Shown here: positions 49,945 through 60,368 of the stretch, piece by piece
How positions within the stretch are numbered: the first letter of the stretch is position 1
Layout of the letters: every line of letters starts with the position of its first letter
Source: Lama guanicoe
Taxonomy: Eukaryota
NCBI GenBank assembly: GCA_013239625.1
Contig: MU054117.1
Location: 2,852,011 to 2,916,010, forward strand
DNA length: 64,000 nucleotides
Reading direction: 5' to 3'
Translations under genes and position numbers: made by a program
Notes under the pieces: model-generated
What the model saw: only the letters and a program-made list of their open reading frames with translations
Database searches by the model: none
Told to the model about the DNA's origin: nothing

Positions 49945-51481
49945 CTGTGGGAGGCAGAGAGTCCGGCCACATGCGGGGACTGTCGCCAGCCCCCATGCCT
50001 GCCACCCCCACCCTTCACTGTCCCTGCGGTGTCCAGGGAGGCCGCTCTGGCCTCAGATGCAGGAAACTTCGAGCTCGAGGCCTCGAGTGTCTTCCTAGCA
50101 TCAGCAGAGGGCAGAGAGGCATCACTCAACCAACACTGTGGCCCACGTCCTGTGCTGCAGGCCTATGGGCCTGGTTTGTGGTGGAGGGAGGGAGGCTGGC
50201 AGGTGCGGGCCATTCCAAGGGCCCCGGGAGAGCGCGGAGGAGGCAAGGGGCACACGCGGCGGGGAGGCTATGAGCTGGGGCTTAAGAGGCGGCAAAGATC
50301 TCCTGCAGGGAGCGGAAGGACAAGGTGGGTGTTTGCAGGGAGAAGGGGAGACAGGAAAAAGAAGGCTTATGTATCTCTCAGGGGCAGAGACATCCCGGTG
50401 GGAGTAGGTAGGGCCTCATTTCTGTCCCATGACTGAAAGCCTGGACCAGATGGACACACTGCTCTACTGTCCCATTGCACCAGCTCCCCTCTGGGATGCC
50501 CGTCTGCCCTGGAAACAAGGCAAGCCAGCCCCCACGCAGCAGCCCGGGAGAGCCCACGTGCCAGGCTGCAGGGGCAGAGCTTTCCAGAACCGAGTCCTGC
50601 TCCTCCTCCTCCGCCCCGCAGCGGGAGGTGCTGGAGCCCAGCGCAGAATGGACTTGCTCTGGGGTGCTGGGCGAGCGAGAGGCAGTCAGGCCTAGCAGAG
50701 GGTCCTTCCCGCCGAACGGCCTTCAGGTCCAGGGAGCTACCTGCCCGCCCCGCCCAGCACCACCTCGCCAAACGAGGAGGCCCTTAGAGCCCGTTTAGAA
50801 GTGGATTTGGGGGAGTTAAGCTCCTCTCATTGAGCAAATACTCTAATGCAGTGGCAGCAGATATTAGCAGTACTTGAGTTTCAGAGAAAAGCCATTAACA
50901 GCCTTTTGGGGTGAAATCAATTCCATGCAGTACTTAGGAGGGAATTCAAGGTCAATTACAAGAATTTAAACTCAGTTTAGAAAAAAAAAATGCAGAAATG
51001 CATTCAGAAATGCAGCCCCAGTTTCTTCACTCTGGCAATGCACAGGAATCACTCCCTTCCCAGCCTGAGTCTCCGTTTGTTTCAGACCAAAGCTCCGTGC
51101 AGCCCTCGGTGCCCCCAGGCCCAAGGATGTTCGGTCCGGGGGCCGTGAAGGCCGGGGTGGGCGGGATGGTTCTGGCCGCAGAGGCGGTGGTTGACCTCGC
51201 TCTGTGCTCCCCCCACCCCCGCCCCGCCCCAGGCAGAGCACTTATCTTGCCAACAGGAGACAGGATGCGATCAACACAGTGGGGGTTCAGCTTTGGGCAG
51301 GACCCACCCCACTGGAGCAGGGAGCCCACTCCAGGCACTTAACCTGGGGGACAACCCCCCACGCCCGCCGTGACACTGAGAGAGCCAAACTATGGGGAGG
51401 GGGGGCTGGGGAAAGGGTCCCTCCGCCGGCAAGTCAGGGGATCTGTCTTCACCCTCCTTCCCACTGTTCTTCTTTTTAAAA

Positions 51482-51595
51482 AACAAGTCTATTTATTTAT
51501 TTATTATTAGTTTTTTAAAATGGAGGTACGGGGGATTGAACCCAAGACCTCCTGCGTGCTAAGCATGTGCTCTACCACTGAGCTGTACCCTCCCC
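51482..51595 (-). mobile_element. tRNA-derived SINE (camelid Vic-1 type) with ~18-bp target-site duplication
   Basis: Reverse strand reads ggggagggtacagctcagtggtagagcacatgcttagcacgcaggaggtcttgggttcaatcccccgtacctcc plus an A-rich tail, with intact A and B boxes. Flanks are ctgttcttctttttaaaa (51464-51481) and ctgctcttctttttaaaa (51599-51616). Confidence 0.88.
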
Positions 51596-51794
51596 GCGCT
51601 GCTCTTCTTTTTAAAACAGCTATAAAAAATAAAAGTGGTGTGCACACTAATTTTTAAGATTACAAAACTTAGTAGAGAGGAAAATAATAATTACTCATAA
51701 TCTACCCCACTGCCTGGAAATGGTCACTATTCATACGTCTGTGCATTTTTTCCATTTATACAGATGAATTAACATATGTTTTTTGAGAGATTTG

Positions 51795-52000
51795 AGATGG
51801 TATATATAATTTTAACCTATTTTAATATATTATTATGTATTAATATCGATAATAAATTATAACTATATTACTAAGTTATAAATATTATAATTAAATTAAG
51901 TTATTTACCACTATATTGATATATATTATTATTAAATTATAAATATTTCTTTGAATCACTAAAGGTTTTCAAAAGTGTGATTTTTAACAGCGATATAATA
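51795..52000. repeat. AT-rich low-complexity tract
   Basis: Almost pure A/T stretch inside a GC-rich window. Confidence 0.8.
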
Positions 52001-52393
52001 TCCTAAGTTAATCTGCTCTGACTTCCGTCCCTGTTGTTTTTTCAATTGTTTGCTTTCTAAAAATTTTTAACCTTTAAAAATCTTTTTTTTATTCAGGGGG
52101 AGGAAATTAGGTGTGTTTATTTAGTTATAGAGGGTCTCTCTGACTCACCAAATGCTTTTGAATCTGAATCAGGAAAGAGCGCACAGGGCACAAAGTGAGG
52201 CCAGCAACAGAAGCTGTCAGGAGACTGGACCAGACCCCCGAGATCCCCCCGGGACACCCGGCAGGGTGGAGAAATCTGGTGAACCGCCAGGCCGGCTTCA
52301 TCTGACTCCCCTAGATGCCTTTGGGCTCTCGTGCTCCCACGCCAGGGCCAAGGGACGGGGTGACCCACAAGCCATCATGGGATGTGCCCTTAC

Positions 52394-52712
52394 CTTCCAC
52401 AGGGCTTCTTTTCCGACGGGCTGCCCTCGAGGAGACGTGGGCACCTGTCCCAGAGGTCGGGCCTGTGAGATTTGTCCCTCCAGCCCCTGGTCGGAGACCT
52501 CCTCCTCTTCGGGGCATTTGCCCAGCGGCTGCTCAAAGGAGCCCCCCAGCAGCTGGGGCAGGGGGTCCTCTTCAATGGAGATGATTCTGCGGAGCGCCCG
52601 GCGGAGCGGCCCCCCAGCCCCCGGCTCCTCTTCCGTAAGCGGGTGTCCGTTCAGGCCCAGTGAGCTCCTCCTCCTCGGAACGCCAAACACATCTTCCTCC
52701 TCCACTGATTGG
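52394..52712 (-). CDS. CRACR2A: CRACR2A exon 14 (319 bp): (S)[19 protein letters not shown]...[16 protein letters not shown]...[16 protein letters not shown], proline-rich region
   Basis: Acceptor ttcctgcaaacag, donor AAG|gtaagg; overlaps ORF 52298..52705. Confidence 0.95.
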
Positions 52713-52911
52713 CTGTTTGCAGGAAGAAAGAAGGGTGGGGAGAATTTTGTAAAATGTATCAGTCTTTTACTGAAGTGGGGGTGGCCTGACAGCTTCTATG
52801 ACGGACAGTTGAGGAGCAGCCTCACTGTGGGGCAGACAAAAGCCAGGGAAGGGAAAACCAGACCCAGCATTCTTTAGCTTAATCATTCCACGCCTGGAAT
52901 GACTGAGTGCC

Positions 52912-53043
52912 TGGTGAGGAAGGTGGTGATGGTGAAGGTGAAGGCGATGAAGGTGATGAAGGTGAGGAGGCAGGTGGTGGTGATGGAAGCTGATGAAGGT
53001 GAAGATGATTATAGTTGAAGATGATGAAGGCGAAGGTGATGAT
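52912..53043. repeat. Degenerate (GGT/GAT/GAA)n trinucleotide repeat
   Basis: Read directly from the sequence. Confidence 0.8.
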
Positions 53044-55644
53044 TGCTCCCAGGTAGTAAGCTAAGGACACAGTCAGCAACAGGTGGACACGGCCCCGTCC
53101 TCATGGAAGGCCTGGCTCAGGGGGTTGAGAGCAGCAAAGACACACCAGCTACATTGTCCCAGGTTGTGGGAAGTAAAGGTTTGAAGAGAGGAGTGTAGCA
53201 GATGTGGAAACAAAGCATCCTGGGTTAACCGACCTTCGGTGGCCTTGGCGCTGGTCCAGCCCCAGCCCTCACCACCTGTGTGTCCTGAGGTAAGATGCCA
53301 ACTCTCCAGGGCTGTTTCCTCACCGTGAAACATGGCCCGCCTGCCCTGCCCACCTCACCAATAAGATGGTGCACAAACCAGACACGTTAGGGAAGCGTCT
53401 CTAGGTGATGCGGGCGAGGGGCACCACTGCTCTGGGAGGGGCCCTCACACTGCAGATGGCCGCTGAGCCGGGGCAGCTGCCCTCCCGGGGGCTTCGGGTG
53501 CGAAGGAAACCAGGTGGCGCCCCACCTGCCTGTCCTTCCTCTCTGTTTGGGGTCAGAAGCGAGTGGCCTCAGAGGCCTGAGTGCACATTTGCTTCCGGGA
53601 GCATGTGAGCGTGAGGAACGAGGAGGCGCTGTAGGAGGTGGCGGAGCCGGGCAGCAGGTGGTGGGGCCAGCGCACAGGCTGCATCCCCGAGGTGTGACAG
53701 CAAAGTCCCATGGCCCCTCTGGGGGGCGCTCTCAGGTCTTTGTGAACAAGCGGAGATGAGGACTGTTTTACAGGGAGGACCTTGGCTCCAAAATCGAAAG
53801 ACACACACACAAGGATTAGAAGAGAAAATAGAGCAGGATGAGGTGGTGAGGACATGGGGGACAAAAGAAAGACAGTGAGTGAAGGACACGGAACACGCCG
53901 AACAGGGAAGAGCCTGCATTTGGCCCCTGGCTCGTGGCACTGAGGGCTCCGAAGGCCCCACAGCAGGAAGGAAAAGGAAACACCGCGTGTTCCTCCGTCC
54001 TGAAGTTGCGGGTGAGTCTGCGAGGTCAAGCTGAGGGGCAGGGCTTGCTCACACAAGCGGTGACTTAGTTTGGTCCCTTCATATAAAATCAAGGATTCGC
54101 AGCAACTCAAGGACCTTTACACTCATGTATAAAACCAGCTTTTAACAGAAGCTGTCTTCTTTCCAACAAATCTCTTCTAGAGTCTAATGAGCCTACTATG
54201 TGCTTTCCCACCTCAGCACACACTGAATGCTCTCATCTGCTCGTGCTCCGCTCACAACTCACACACAAGTGCAGGTGCGTGCGCCCCCGTGCCAGGACAC
54301 ACACACACGCACACACACGCAGAGCACGGCTTTTCAAAGGCCTTGCAACCAGAAAAGAAACGGCCCCTGAAACGACCCTAAAATGAAGCATTTCTTGGCA
54401 AAAGCTCTTCATTTGGGAAATTCTCCAGCCCCGTCATGCTCGGGAATACCGTCAGCTTAGCATGGCCAAGTTCGTTCTTGGTTTTGCCTCAAAACGCTGC
54501 GCGCCAACGGCAGAGAGCAGGCGCCTCTGTCAAAGCCGCACGGGGTGCAGGCTCGCCGCCGGCTGGCTCTTCGCTGTCTGCGGTCCGCTTCCTCCGCTCA
54601 GCTGTAAGCCCCACGGTGAGGGCCCCTGTTCACCGCCGTGGCCCCAGCACACGGCACTGTAGCTCGCACACAGCAGGCACCCGTGATGGACGCCACGTCC
54701 GGTGAGTCTTCGGAGCCTTCGCAGGGCCCCGCAGAACGTCTGGTACAGGGCAGGCCATCGGTAACCGCCTGATGAAGGCCTAGACTCAGTTCGGAGAAAC
54801 CCAGAGGCCAACTGTTGCTGCAGGAGTTTGGCTCCCACACTGGGTCTCACCACTTAGCTATTTAGAAAAGGACTTCACGACGATCAGGTTCAAGGTCTTG
54901 ACTGACCAGCCGCCTGGCCTCCTCAGGTCACCTCCGCCTGGCGAACCCGTGACTTCCACGCTTGCCGTACTCAGGGTCTCCCAGACGAGCAAGTTCACAC
55001 ACTTTCTCCAGGGCTGACACTTAGGGATCCGCCTCCCACTACCCCTCTGAGACACCCACGAGGATGGAGCCCATGCCCCGAGGAAGAGCGGGCGGGACGG
55101 GCTTGTCTCCTCCGAGGAGCCACGGGCACGCCCCTGGGGACTCTCAGGCCGTTGTGTGCTGTCCAACAGCAACCAAACATGTTATCCTTGAGCTAATTAA
55201 ACAGGAATTAGTAAAAGGAGTCCGTCAAGTACAGATCCTGTGCTTGTCCCGTATCACACTTTCATTACCCTTTAGAGCCACACAGTCCTGTCCCTGTAAA
55301 ACCGAGGGCGTCCGTTCTGCGCAGCAGAGCCCCGTCCAGCAAGCCTGCCCTCCTCCCACTGACCGCTCATCCCCTCACGCTCCCTGCCTCTCTGCAGGCA
55401 CATGCCAGGCTGGGGCGTCCTCAGGCGACAACAGCCTGTTCTCAGGGCTGACTCTGCACACAGCTCTCTTCCACTTAGAAGTCAGAGCAGGAAGGGGCAC
55501 GTCCTCCAAGATCCCAGGGGGCCGAGTGCCTGACCCCAGGGCTCCCCGCCAAGGCCCATCGGCTCTCAGTGGGCTCGGAGCCCATGCCCAACCAGAGCAG
55601 GACCCGCGAACAGATGACCAGTGAGCAAATCGGGGCTGGCTCAC

Positions 55645-55748
55645 CTTCTGAGAATCCCTCTGCCGTCCACGTATTTGCCGATCACAGAGCCAGACCGCTG
55701 CTTCCAGCCTGCCGAAGCAGCTGGGTTTGCCTTGGCCGCCTTGTCTTT
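55645..55748 (-). CDS. CRACR2A: CRACR2A exon 13 (104 bp): [34 protein letters not shown](S)
   Basis: Acceptor gtgtttctgcag, donor AG|gtgagc; [10 protein letters not shown] motif. Translated by hand because this frame is not in the ORF track. Confidence 0.93.
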
Positions 55749-57509
55749 CTGCAGAAACACAAAATGCCCTCAGACCCCCGCCTGCTGGTCTGTCCCAGTG
55801 TCGGAGCAGAAAAGGGGTCACCTGCCCACCGCACAGGTCCGGCTTTAAGTAAAACTCTCAAGGAGGCAAGCGAGGTCCCAGGTTCCCGGCCAGCCCTCAC
55901 CTACTCCTTCCTCTCACTGTCGTCTCTGCCCGGAACAGCTCCCCCATCTCCCATCTAATAATGCAATCAAACAAACCGGTACACTGTTTAGAGCCTGGGG
56001 TCCGCCAGGCTAGCCTGCCCAGGAGTAGCGATCATTTGCAAAAGGACAAATAAAAAGAGCTAAGTGTGGAATGCACAGGAAAAAACATCTGTGGGCAGAA
56101 AAAAATCTGTGCTTCTTAAAATCACGGTCTCCTGTGAGGCCCCAGCTCCTCTTTATTTCCAAAGCCCCAGAGGGTCGAGTAGCCCAATGCCCTGAACACA
56201 GCCCCTCAGCTGGACAGGGGACTCCAGGTCCTTGTGGAAGCAGGCTGGGTGCAGACAAACTGCTCACACATCGGCAGCGGAGAGCCTAGGTGGAGTGCGG
56301 CGCACCCCCGCCACCCATGTCCTCGACAGACGCCTGTCTTGTCTTCCAGGAGAGGAGGGAGCTGGATCACAGGAAGACTGGCTCATTAAGCAGCCAGCCC
56401 CATGGTTCCCGGTGATCCGCGCTGACAGAAGGAGGGGCCGTGTGCCCTCCGGGGCCCCGGGAGGGATGGCTGTGATTCCAAATGAATCTTTAATTATGAT
56501 TCAGCAGGAACACGATTTTATCCCTCTTTCTTCTGTGCCCCACGAGGGATCTTAATTCAATTCTCTTCTCAAAGCAGAATGAGTTTGGCAGGTGAAGGGA
56601 AGTGAGGTCAAGAGATTAGGGTGACATGGGGTGGGAAGTTTTAAAATACATTCCGTGTTACTTCTAAAACAATTATAAGCATTATCATCATCAAACAAAC
56701 ATGTGTAGGCTTAAGCCTTGCTCTAACAGCACACACAGGTGGGCGGCGGAGAAGCGAGCTGCCAGCCAGCGATAAAACAGAGGTGCTGTTGTGCGTGGTC
56801 CCTCCAGGATCGGCAGTTATAAACCAGGTGGGACCGGTTTCCAGGCAAACCAGCTGCCGTTTGCCGACCACGTTTAGGGCACCGAACAGCTGAGGGTCAG
56901 TGCGAGACCTCCTTTTGCCAGAGTTTTTGCCAAAATCCCTACAACATGGAAAAGAAGAGCGGGGATTCCCTCTCCTCCTGTGATAAATGAGGTCTTGGTT
57001 CAAGGAGGCTGATTTACCCAAGGACACACGTGACATTCGCAGCGTGATGGTCCTGATAGTCAGGAAGTCACATCCATCCACCCTGCCCCTCTTTTGCTTC
57101 CCTTCAGAGCATCCAGTGGCTACTGTCGGGGAGGGGGGTAATAGGGGAACGTGAAATCCTAGATGCTGTGTAATGCAGCCCTACGGAGATCTTCCATAAA
57201 CGCAGGATTTTTGTGCTATTTGAGAATGTATGTACGTCACGGATGAAACTAGCATTTCTGCCTCCGAGAAACGTGGGCAAACATTTCAGTCTCGTTCCGT
57301 CCAGAGGAAAGTGCGTCACTTCATGGGAAGTTAACTCATGGTTACACAATAGGTCACCCTCTATTTTTGCTACTTTCAAAAAATCTGCTGCCACCGTCCT
57401 GCCCACACGAAGGAGCCATCAGATCCCAAGCCTCGGGACACTCTGGGGCCGGTCCCAGCACAACGTGGCGGCCACTGGACCCCAGGGGAAGCGGGCTCCG
57501 GCCAGTTAC

Positions 57510-57555
57510 CTGAAAACGCATGTCCCGTTCGTCCCGGAGGTGCTTGTTCCTTTCC
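57510..57555 (-). CDS. CRACR2A: CRACR2A exon 12 (46 bp): (R)ERNKHLRDERDMRFQ
   Basis: Acceptor ctccgtccacag, donor CAG|gtaact; phase fits both neighbours. Confidence 0.93.
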
Positions 57556-57877
57556 CTGTGGACGGAGAAGGGGAATCGATTCAAACCCGGGGTCTGCAGT
57601 CAGCAGGTGCAAGGGCAACTGCTGAGGGTCCGATGAGTGCCGAGGAAGGCTGGGTGTGGAAGCCTAGGGAGGGGGTGGAGTCACTTTCCTTAGGGACTGG
57701 GGTTAAGGGCAGCTGTGTAGAAGTGAGGTCAGAGGCAGGGGGATAGACGGAATGACTTGTGACACCCAGGGCCCTTCAGGATCCTGCCCTGGTCCACGCT
57801 GTCGCTAAGGGAGCCTCCCCCACAGCTGGCCAGGTGTTCCAGCTCCACCTGGACTGAGCCCCGGCCCCCTTCTCCAA

Positions 57878-58200
57878 ACCATTCATTCATGCATGTGTGC
57901 CTTCACTCAGCACATGTCCCCTGAGCTCCCGTGGCATGCTGGGCTCCGCTCCAGCCACCAGGAGTATCCCGAGGGCTGCGAGACAAAGTTCCTACCCCCC
58001 CCCACGGGCACTGGCATTTTAGCTCAGGGATCAATGCTATTGGGAAAAACCAAGTGGGCAAGTGGAATAAAGAGGGCCAGAGATGGAGGGTAGTCAGGGA
58101 AGGCCTCACCAGGAAGGTGGCGTCTGAGCAGCGGCTTGGGGAGGGTGGGGGAGACTTCATCACGGATGGGGGACCAGCCAGGGCAAAGCCTGTTGTCGGG
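57878..58200 (-). mobile_element. L2 fragment
   Basis: cattcattcat...cactcagcacatgtcccctgagc...gtcagggaaggcctcaccaggaaggtggcgtctgagc is typical L2 3'-end text. Confidence 0.55.
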
Positions 58201-58448
58201 ATACAGGGGAACAGAGAGGAGGGAGCAGGTGCTCAGAGGAGGAGGTCAGAGGGGAGATGGGTGGCATGGGAGCCCTCCATCCCTGGCCTGTGCACCACTG
58301 TAGGGGCTCGGGTTTGATCCCAGTGAGATCTGGAGCCATGGGGGTGGGGGTGGCTGTGGAGTGTCTAGACTGGACTCAAGTTTTAAAAGAAGATGCTGTG
58401 CTGAGAAGAGAGTGCAGGGACAAGGGTGGGGCCCTGATGATTGGCCCG

Positions 58449-58756
58449 TATATTGAAGTCTAGTCACTTTACAATGTTGTGCCAATATCTGGTGTGCAGC
58501 ATGTTTCAGTCATACATATACGTACACATACTCCTTTTCATATTCTTTTCCATTATAGTCGCTACAGGATAGTGAATATGGTTCCCTGTGCTGGGCAGTA
58601 GGACCTGGTTGTTAACCTATTTCATATATAGAGGTCAGTATCTGCAAATCTCAAACTCCCAATTTATCTCTTCCCACCCGCTTTCCCTCCTGGTCACCAT
58701 GAATTTGTGTTCTATGTCTGTGAGTCTCTTTCTGTTTTGTAAATAAGTTTGTTTGC
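58449..58756 (-). mobile_element. Short L1 3'UTR fragment, related to the copy at 6170-6822
   Basis: Shares ttgaagt.tagtca, catattcttt, gaatat.gttccct.tgct and aaatctcaaactc with 6200-6490. Confidence 0.8.
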
Positions 58757-60296
58757 GTGAGAAAATTCAGGCGCCAGCTGGTGGACAACTGCCCAGGGTC
58801 ACACGGTTCAGCAGGGGCGGCCCTGGGGGTTGAACCAGATCCAGCTGCAAAGCGCACGTTCCTATGGGCACCCCAAAGTGCTTCCTTTTGCCTTGGGAGG
58901 GCAGCCCCCCTGGCCCGGTCACCCCCTAGCCAGTGTCCTGATCCCCGCCCCCATTCCCGCTGTCCTCCTGTCCCACCCACTCCCAGCTCCCTCTCTCCCT
59001 GATCCCGGTTTCTCTGTCGCTACCTGGTGACCTCACTGTGGGGAGGGGGCTTCTGTGGGCCTCCCTCCGCGTCTGGGCTCTCACCAGCCGACTTGGGGGG
59101 CCAGGCGATGGCACAGAGAGGCGTCTGGCTGGGATTCTGCACGGATGCTGGTCTCCATTAAAAAGACCCAAAGTAGTGGCAGCGTGCTGCCTCGGCATCC
59201 TCCCCTGCGCACTCACGCTGAATCTGCCCTTTTAGTTTTTCTAAGAACAATAGACAAAAGGAAAAAAAACCAAACCAAACTCAGACTTGCCCATCTCCTT
59301 CTCTGCCTTCGGCTGAAACCTTCCTGTGAGTCGGGACCTTCTCTCCCAGGGATTAGGACTTGGCCACCACGACCCTCTCCCGCGGCCCCAGCCTTTGGAA
59401 TCACGTCTTGAGTGAAGCGGATCTGAAACGCATTCAGGCTGAAGCACGTTTATGTTGAGCGGCTGCAGCGATGCCAGACACGGCGACCTTGCCTTGCTTT
59501 CAAATTTAAAGAAAAACCCTAAAGCCGTCATAATGTCCCTGATTCAAAACCACCTGCCCTTTAAAAACCAGAATCCAAAGTCCTTGTCTGGCAGGCAGTG
59601 TGCACAGCAGCTCAGAAACCCCGGAGGCAAAAGGGAAACTTTCATCTTCCCCCACATAAGTCTGAGTTGGCTGTTTTTTTGTTTTTTTTTGTGGGGGGGT
59701 GTATGCCAACCCAAGCCGATGTGCTACGAATGCCAGACCACGGGCTTTGACCTCACAGTGGGTTTAGCAGACCGAGGAAACTCCTAAACCCTTTCCTTGG
59801 TGCCCCGTCTGTGATTCATGTACTCATTCAACAAACATGAACGGAATACAGCAGGATCAAGACAGTCAGCCAGATACGGGTCTCAGTTCTGCTCCAGCAG
59901 TGAGGATCTGGGGCTCTTTTGGCAAATGGCTTCACTTCTCTGACACTGACTTCCCCATCAGTTAACTCCTGGATTAACAACTGCCCCCCTTCCCCAAGCT
60001 CGGTGAAGCTGGAGACACAGCGTCCGGCACAGGGCAGATGCTCAATAAATTCCGGCCCCTCCCACTTAAGCGAGTCCAGAGCCGGTGCCCAGCGACACCA
60101 CGCCCGCCCGCGGAGGTGCAGCCTGGGAGGTGGGGGCGGCGCGTGTGAATGGACCAAACGTGGCGGAAAGGTGGCATTCAGCTGCCCCTCGGCTGCCCAA
60201 CAGTAGGCGGGGCCAGGGGGATGAGGCGCTCTCCCGGCAGGCGGGGGAGACTCTGGGCTGCCCCTCTCAACCTCAGGCGTGGGGATGCGGACGCAC

Positions 60297-60368
60297 CTCA
60301 GGAAATCCAGCTGTTTCAGGAGCCCCGACTTCTCCCGCTGCAGGCTCTCCGTCACGCGGTACACTTCC
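60297..60368 (-). CDS. CRACR2A: CRACR2A exon 11 (72 bp): EVYRVTESLQREKSGLLKQLDFL(R)
   Basis: Minus-strand acceptor cctcctag, donor AG|gtgcgt; recognisable coiled-coil peptide. Confidence 0.95.

Larger units (their letters stand above)
34151..60368 (-). other. CRACR2A: CRACR2A (EFCAB4B / Rab46) gene, 3' part, exons 11-20 of the long isoform; EF-hand exons lie beyond the window end
   Basis: Ten minus-strand exons join in frame: coiled-coil end, Pro-rich linker, Rab domain with G1 GNSAVGKT, G3 DTAGQE, G4 NKID, G5 CSA, and C-terminal CCG. Confidence 0.97.

Noticed and set aside
51524..51595. Possible tRNA gene (also 21131-21205)
   Set aside because: The tRNA-like head is followed by an A-rich tail and flanked by a target-site duplication, so it is a SINE rather than a tRNA gene
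52117..52877. 241-aa plus-strand ORF 52152-52877
   Set aside because: Antisense shadow of CRACR2A exon 14
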